Source: Deltaproteobacteria bacterium RIFCSPHIGHO2_01_FULL_43_49
GTDB taxonomy: Bacteria; UBA10199; SPLOWO2-01-44-7
NCBI GenBank assembly: GCA_001798075.1
Contig: MGRG01000005.1
Location: forward strand, 1,148 to 65,147
Direction of reading: 5' to 3'
Length of the DNA: 64,000 nt
The first letter of the stretch is position 1; each line of letters begins with the position of its first letter. A model generated the notes under the pieces. That model did not search any database. It saw nothing but the letters and a program-made list of their open reading frames with translations, and had not been told where the DNA came from. The position numbers and the translations under genes are program-made. This document shows, piece after piece, positions 62,290 through 64,000 of the stretch.

Positions 62290-63408
62290 ATGACAAATTC
62301 TGACTTAACGAGAAGATTCCCATCTGGGGTGAATGCGTCTGGCTCTGCCAGCGCAGAGGGGGCCCAGCGGGCCCCCTCTTTGATCGATTCTTTTGGCCGC
62401 ACCATTGATTATTTGCGTATTTCCGTCACCGATCGGTGTAATTTTCGCTGTGTCTATTGCATGCCGCCCGAGGGGATACCCAATCTTTCTCATAACGATG
62501 TCTTAACATTTGAAGAGATCGCCCGGATCGCCCGGATTTTTTTACAAATGGGTGGGAAAAGGCTTCGAATTACAGGGGGCGAGCCCCTGGTTAGAAAAAA
62601 TATCATCGAGCTGGTTTTTCAATTATCCAATCTGCCCGGGCTTGAAAGTTTGGGCCTGACCACGAATGGTTTTTATCTCAAAGAGTTTGCCAAATTCCTA
62701 AAGGAGGCGGGGCTCAAAAAAATCAATGTGAGCTTGGATAGTGTCAGGCCAAGCCGTTTTTCTGAACTGACCCATTGTCCTCAAGGGGTGAATGCGTCTG
62801 GCTCTGCCAGCGCAGAGGGGGGCCAGCGGGCCCCCTCTTCATTTGAAAAAGTTTGGGAAGGGATTGAAGAAGCTCTCTTTGTTGGGCTTCAGACAAAAAT
62901 CAATGTGGTTGCCTTGAAAGGCATTTCAGAAGAAGAAATTCTTTCTTTTGGCGAGATGGCGAAAAGACTTCCCGTCGAGGTTCGATTCATTGAGTTCATG
63001 CCCCTTTGTGGAACCGGTTGGCACCCGGAATGGATGATCCCTCTAAGGGAGATTCGAAACGCCCTGAACTCAAATTTCGAACTGTTGCCTCTACCCAGGG
63101 GAACCGAAGTGGCTGAGTCTTATCAGGTCAAGAAAGGCCGTGGGAGGATTGGATTCATTTCCTCCATGACGGAACCATTCTGTAAAAACTGTTCACGCCT
63201 TAGGCTTACTTGCGATGGAAAAATCAGACCGTGTCTTTTTTCAAATTTGGAAATCGATTTAAAATCGTGGCTCCGCGGGGGCTGGCCCGATACGGACATC
63301 ATGGCGACGATCCTGGAGGCCGTCCGTGCGAAACCTTCCGGCCATCATATAACGTTTCCAATACCGGACGCGCGCGAGTTGCCGCGCATTCGCTTTATAG
63401 GGGGATAA
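62290..63408 (+). CDS. moaA: GTP 3',8-cyclase MoaA (radical SAM) carrying two in-frame copies of a palindromic repeat
   Basis: IDYLRISVTDRCNFRCVYCMPPEG (CxxxCxxC), GGEPLVRKN and a C-terminal ...CxxC...RLTCDGKIRPCLF are MoaA motifs. The 20-aa segments GVNASGSASAEG[AG]QRAPS occur twice, encoded by a 55 bp DNA repeat. Confidence 0.85.
   Translation: MTNSDLTRRFPSGVNASGSASAEGAQRAPSLIDSFGRTIDYLRISVTDRCNFRCVYCMPPEGIPNLSHNDVLTFEEIARIARIFLQMGGKRLRITGGEPLVRKNIIELVFQLSNLPGLESLGLTTNGFYLKEFAKFLKEAGLKKINVSLDSVRPSRFSELTHCPQGVNASGSASAEGGQRAPSSFEKVWEGIEEALFVGLQTKINVVALKGISEEEILSFGEMAKRLPVEVRFIEFMPLCGTGWHPEWMIPLREIRNALNSNFELLPLPRGTEVAESYQVKKGRGRIGFISSMTEPFCKNCSRLRLTCDGKIRPCLFSNLEIDLKSWLRGGWPDTDIMATILEAVRAKPSGHHITFPIPDARELPRIRFIGG
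62326..62380. repeat. palindromic repeat family 2, copy 1 (in or just 5' of moaA)
   Basis: ggggtgaatgcgtctggctctgccagcgcagagggggcccagcgggccccctctt contains a perfect 10-bp stem, GAGGGGGCCC-agc-GGGCCCCCTC. Confidence 0.55.
62785..62840. repeat. palindromic repeat family 2, copy 2 (in-frame inside moaA)
   Basis: ggggtgaatgcgtctggctctgccagcgcagaggggggccagcgggccccctctt is near-identical to copy 1. Confidence 0.55.
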
Positions 63409-63412
63409 AATT

Positions 63413-64000
63413 ATGTTTTCCACTATTGATAAAATAGAGACGTTGCGCACAGCCAAGGCACAGGCGATTTTGAAGCTAACGCCTCAGTTAGTTGATGTGT
63501 TGGAATCAAGAAAAGGACCCAAGGGGGATGCCTACGAAATCGCCAGGGCGGCAGGGATTCTAGCAGCCAAAAGAACCTGGGAAATCATTCCCTATTGCCA
63601 TCCAATTCCCATCGATCATATCGCCATCGATTTTTTAACCGACACGACAGAAGTAAAAATCACCACAACCGTTAGTGCCGTCTGGAAAACCGGTGTAGAG
63701 ATGGAGGCCCTCATGGCTGCCCAAGTTGCAGCCATCACCCTTTTTGACATGCTGAAACCAATGGGAGCGGAAATGGAGATTACCAGCGTCAAAGTTCTTG
63801 AAAAGATGGGTGGAAAAACAAGCTTCAAGGAAAAAATCCCTCAAGATTTTAAGGTTGGAATCCTTGTCACCTCCGATGGGACTTTTGCTGGACAAAGGGA
63901 AGACCGCTCCGGAAAAATAATTAAAGAACGTCTGGAGCAGTTTGGAATAAAAAATTTGGACTATCAAATCTTGCCGGACGACAAACAAACTATTCGAGAA
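63413..64000 (+). CDS. moaC: cyclic pyranopterin monophosphate synthase MoaC fused to a MogA/MoaB-like domain (3' end outside the window)
   Basis: GDAYEIARAAGILAAKRTWEIIPYCHPIPIDHIAIDF is the MoaC core, and FKVGILVTSDGTFAGQREDRSGKII is the MogA/MoaB N-terminus. The ATG at 63413 is preceded by an AGGGGGA Shine-Dalgarno. The gene runs past the window edge, so it is absent from the ORF track. Confidence 0.75.
   Translation, partial: MFSTIDKIETLRTAKAQAILKLTPQLVDVLESRKGPKGDAYEIARAAGILAAKRTWEIIPYCHPIPIDHIAIDFLTDTTEVKITTTVSAVWKTGVEMEALMAAQVAAITLFDMLKPMGAEMEITSVKVLEKMGGKTSFKEKIPQDFKVGILVTSDGTFAGQREDRSGKIIKERLEQFGIKNLDYQILPDDKQTIRE

Overview
This 64 kb bacterial window (about 45% GC) is dominated by c-type cytochrome respiratory and extracellular electron transfer (EET) genes, with ordinary housekeeping genes at both ends. 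These annotations are my own reading of the ORF translations and the DNA; no search was run, so family calls rest on recognisable motifs.

- **1-20 kb, housekeeping.** A PLP-dependent Cys/Met enzyme, an aldo-keto reductase, a pterin/queuosine cluster (folB, queD, an SDR, queE, folE, plus queG further on), a BrnT/BrnA toxin-antitoxin pair in an AT-rich islet, bcp, a YgfZ-like folate-binding protein, an MFS transporter, glpK, and several hypothetical proteins. Two of the hypotheticals (2239-4721) are paralogs built from a Trp-rich repeat.
- **20-46 kb, EET gene island.** I counted well over 100 CxxCH-type haem motifs here. The modules are:
  - a decahaem cytochrome plus a 720 aa outer-membrane beta-barrel (MtrAB/MtoAB-like conduit);
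  - a Rieske / cytochrome b (fused to a dihaem c) / dihaem c / pentahaem c operon;
  - two small paralogous monohaem cytochromes c;
  - two tandem giant multihaem cytochromes (19 and 10 CxxCH) fused to a HydC/FdnI-type membrane cytochrome b;
  - a NapC/NirT-anchored cytochrome with about 15 haems;
  - an NrfH-like tetrahaem / FeS / NrfD-like quinone module;
  - two lipoprotein multihaem cytochromes built from repeated dihaem modules with non-canonical CX3CH and CX4CH motifs and C-terminal Ig-like domains, followed by a putative outer-membrane porin, a heptahaem cytochrome and a dihaem lipoprotein (porin-cytochrome-complex-like).
- **46-56.7 kb, supporting functions.** feoB with a DtxR-FeoA regulator, a complete System I cytochrome c maturation operon (ccmABC-E-F-G, with ccmH detached at 39.7 kb), hemY (38.4-39.7 kb) and hemA, and a Cyc2-like fused monohaem-cytochrome porin, the hallmark candidate Fe(II) oxidase.
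- **56.7-64 kb, 3' end.** A beta-CASP RNase, a tandem Usp, a VIT1 iron transporter, a Crp/Fnr regulator, and moaA followed by a moaC-mogA fusion.
- **Small palindromic repeat families.** Two MITE/RPE-like families are present, and both also occur in frame inside conserved genes: one in the ygfZ-like gene, one twice in moaA. AT-rich TTCTAAA-type and TTGGTAATTGG-type intergenic repeats also recur.

No rRNA, tRNA, CRISPR array or transposase was recognised.
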